From contig NIVC01003393.1 in NCBI GenBank assembly GCA_002269645.1, positions 35,997-99,996 on the forward strand: 64,000 nt of DNA. Direction: 5' to 3'. Of the stretch, positions 63,319-64,000 are shown one piece after another (the stretch's first letter is position 1; the number at the start of each line of letters is the position of its first letter). Origin of the DNA: Macrostomum lignano. Lineage: Eukaryota. The notes under the pieces are model-generated. The model had not been told where the DNA came from and ran no database searches. It saw only the letters and a list, made by a program, of their open reading frames with translations. A program made the translations under genes and the position numbers.

Positions 63319-63326
63319 TATTTATA
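63319..63326 (-). promoter_or_regulatory. TATA box (TATAAATA) of paralog B
   Basis: About 73 nt upstream of the ATG. Confidence 0.5.
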
Positions 63327-64000
63327 ATCTTCTGCAAAGATGAGCGCCCTAAGCTAGTCAAGCTCATATTGAACAATAAGCTCGGTCGAATCTGTGACGC
63401 TCTGATGTGCACAAAAAAGTGGAACTTCCACTCCTAAGGGTCTGGACCTGCGTACCGTAGACTTTAGAGGACAGTGCGAGTAAAAAAAAATTTTTGTAGG
63501 TACTCAGACGAAACAAATGGAAGAATCGGGTGGAGGGCCGTTGGTAACACAAAAAGACACGATTCTTTGCTGAAACTCAATCCTCCACGCGGTGGAAAGA
63601 AGCGAGCGCCAACAGCGCTGTAATGTACAATAAAAGGGCATGCTAATGAGGCAATAGGTTCTATTACTGCATCGAAATTTATGAAGTAGCTTCTTCTAAT
63701 GGTCACTCATCAACTTTATGGGCATGTTTTTTTCGCACAACACGTCGCTTTCTAAGAGTTACCAAGGGGTGACCAAATCCTTATGCTTCGAGATCTTTGT
63801 AAACCTTGCAAAGACAAAAAAAAAAAAAGCGTAAACGTTTTTAAACGAGTACATTCAGTATTTAGGCCGTAGTCATTACTAAAAAGACCAAAATGGCCAC
63901 CCCGTAAATTTAAAGCCTCTAAAAATACGAGCCTATGTAGCGTAAAAATAACAACATAAAAAATTTAAGAAAGTCTGTTCAGAAAGTTTCCGCCGAAAAA

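Overview
This is eukaryotic (animal) genomic DNA. It has GT-AG introns, GC-rich exons in AT-rich spacers, TTAGGG repeats and many locus-specific 12-46 nt minisatellites. That style suggests a flatworm such as Macrostomum lignano, but the species is an inference only. Hand-spliced gene models, left to right, are: the 3' end of an LMO7/LIMCH1-like LIM gene (+); a single-exon neuropeptide precursor with 21 (Q/H)(M/I)FRY units (+); an SLC25A33/36-type mitochondrial pyrimidine nucleotide carrier (-) placed head-to-head with uridine phosphorylase (+); an atypical synaptotagmin (-); two tandem copies of COQ3 (-) from a ~4.7-5.2 kb duplication that breaks inside DXO; intact DXO/Dom3Z (-); NEURL2/Ozz-like (-); RSPH4A/6A (+, one frameshift); and two tandem paralogs of an uncharacterised ~520 aa protein (-). 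Those paralogs have a signal peptide, a GPI-like tail and an N-terminus resembling Rapunzel/Cry/jellyfish-toxin proteins. Mobile DNA includes a truncated RTE-like LINE, a head-to-tail Helitron-like array, hAT- and PIF-like MITEs and a probable SINE. The strongest novelty candidates are the toxin-like GPI-anchored pair and the FRYamide precursor. No database searches were run, and all family assignments come from recognised motifs.
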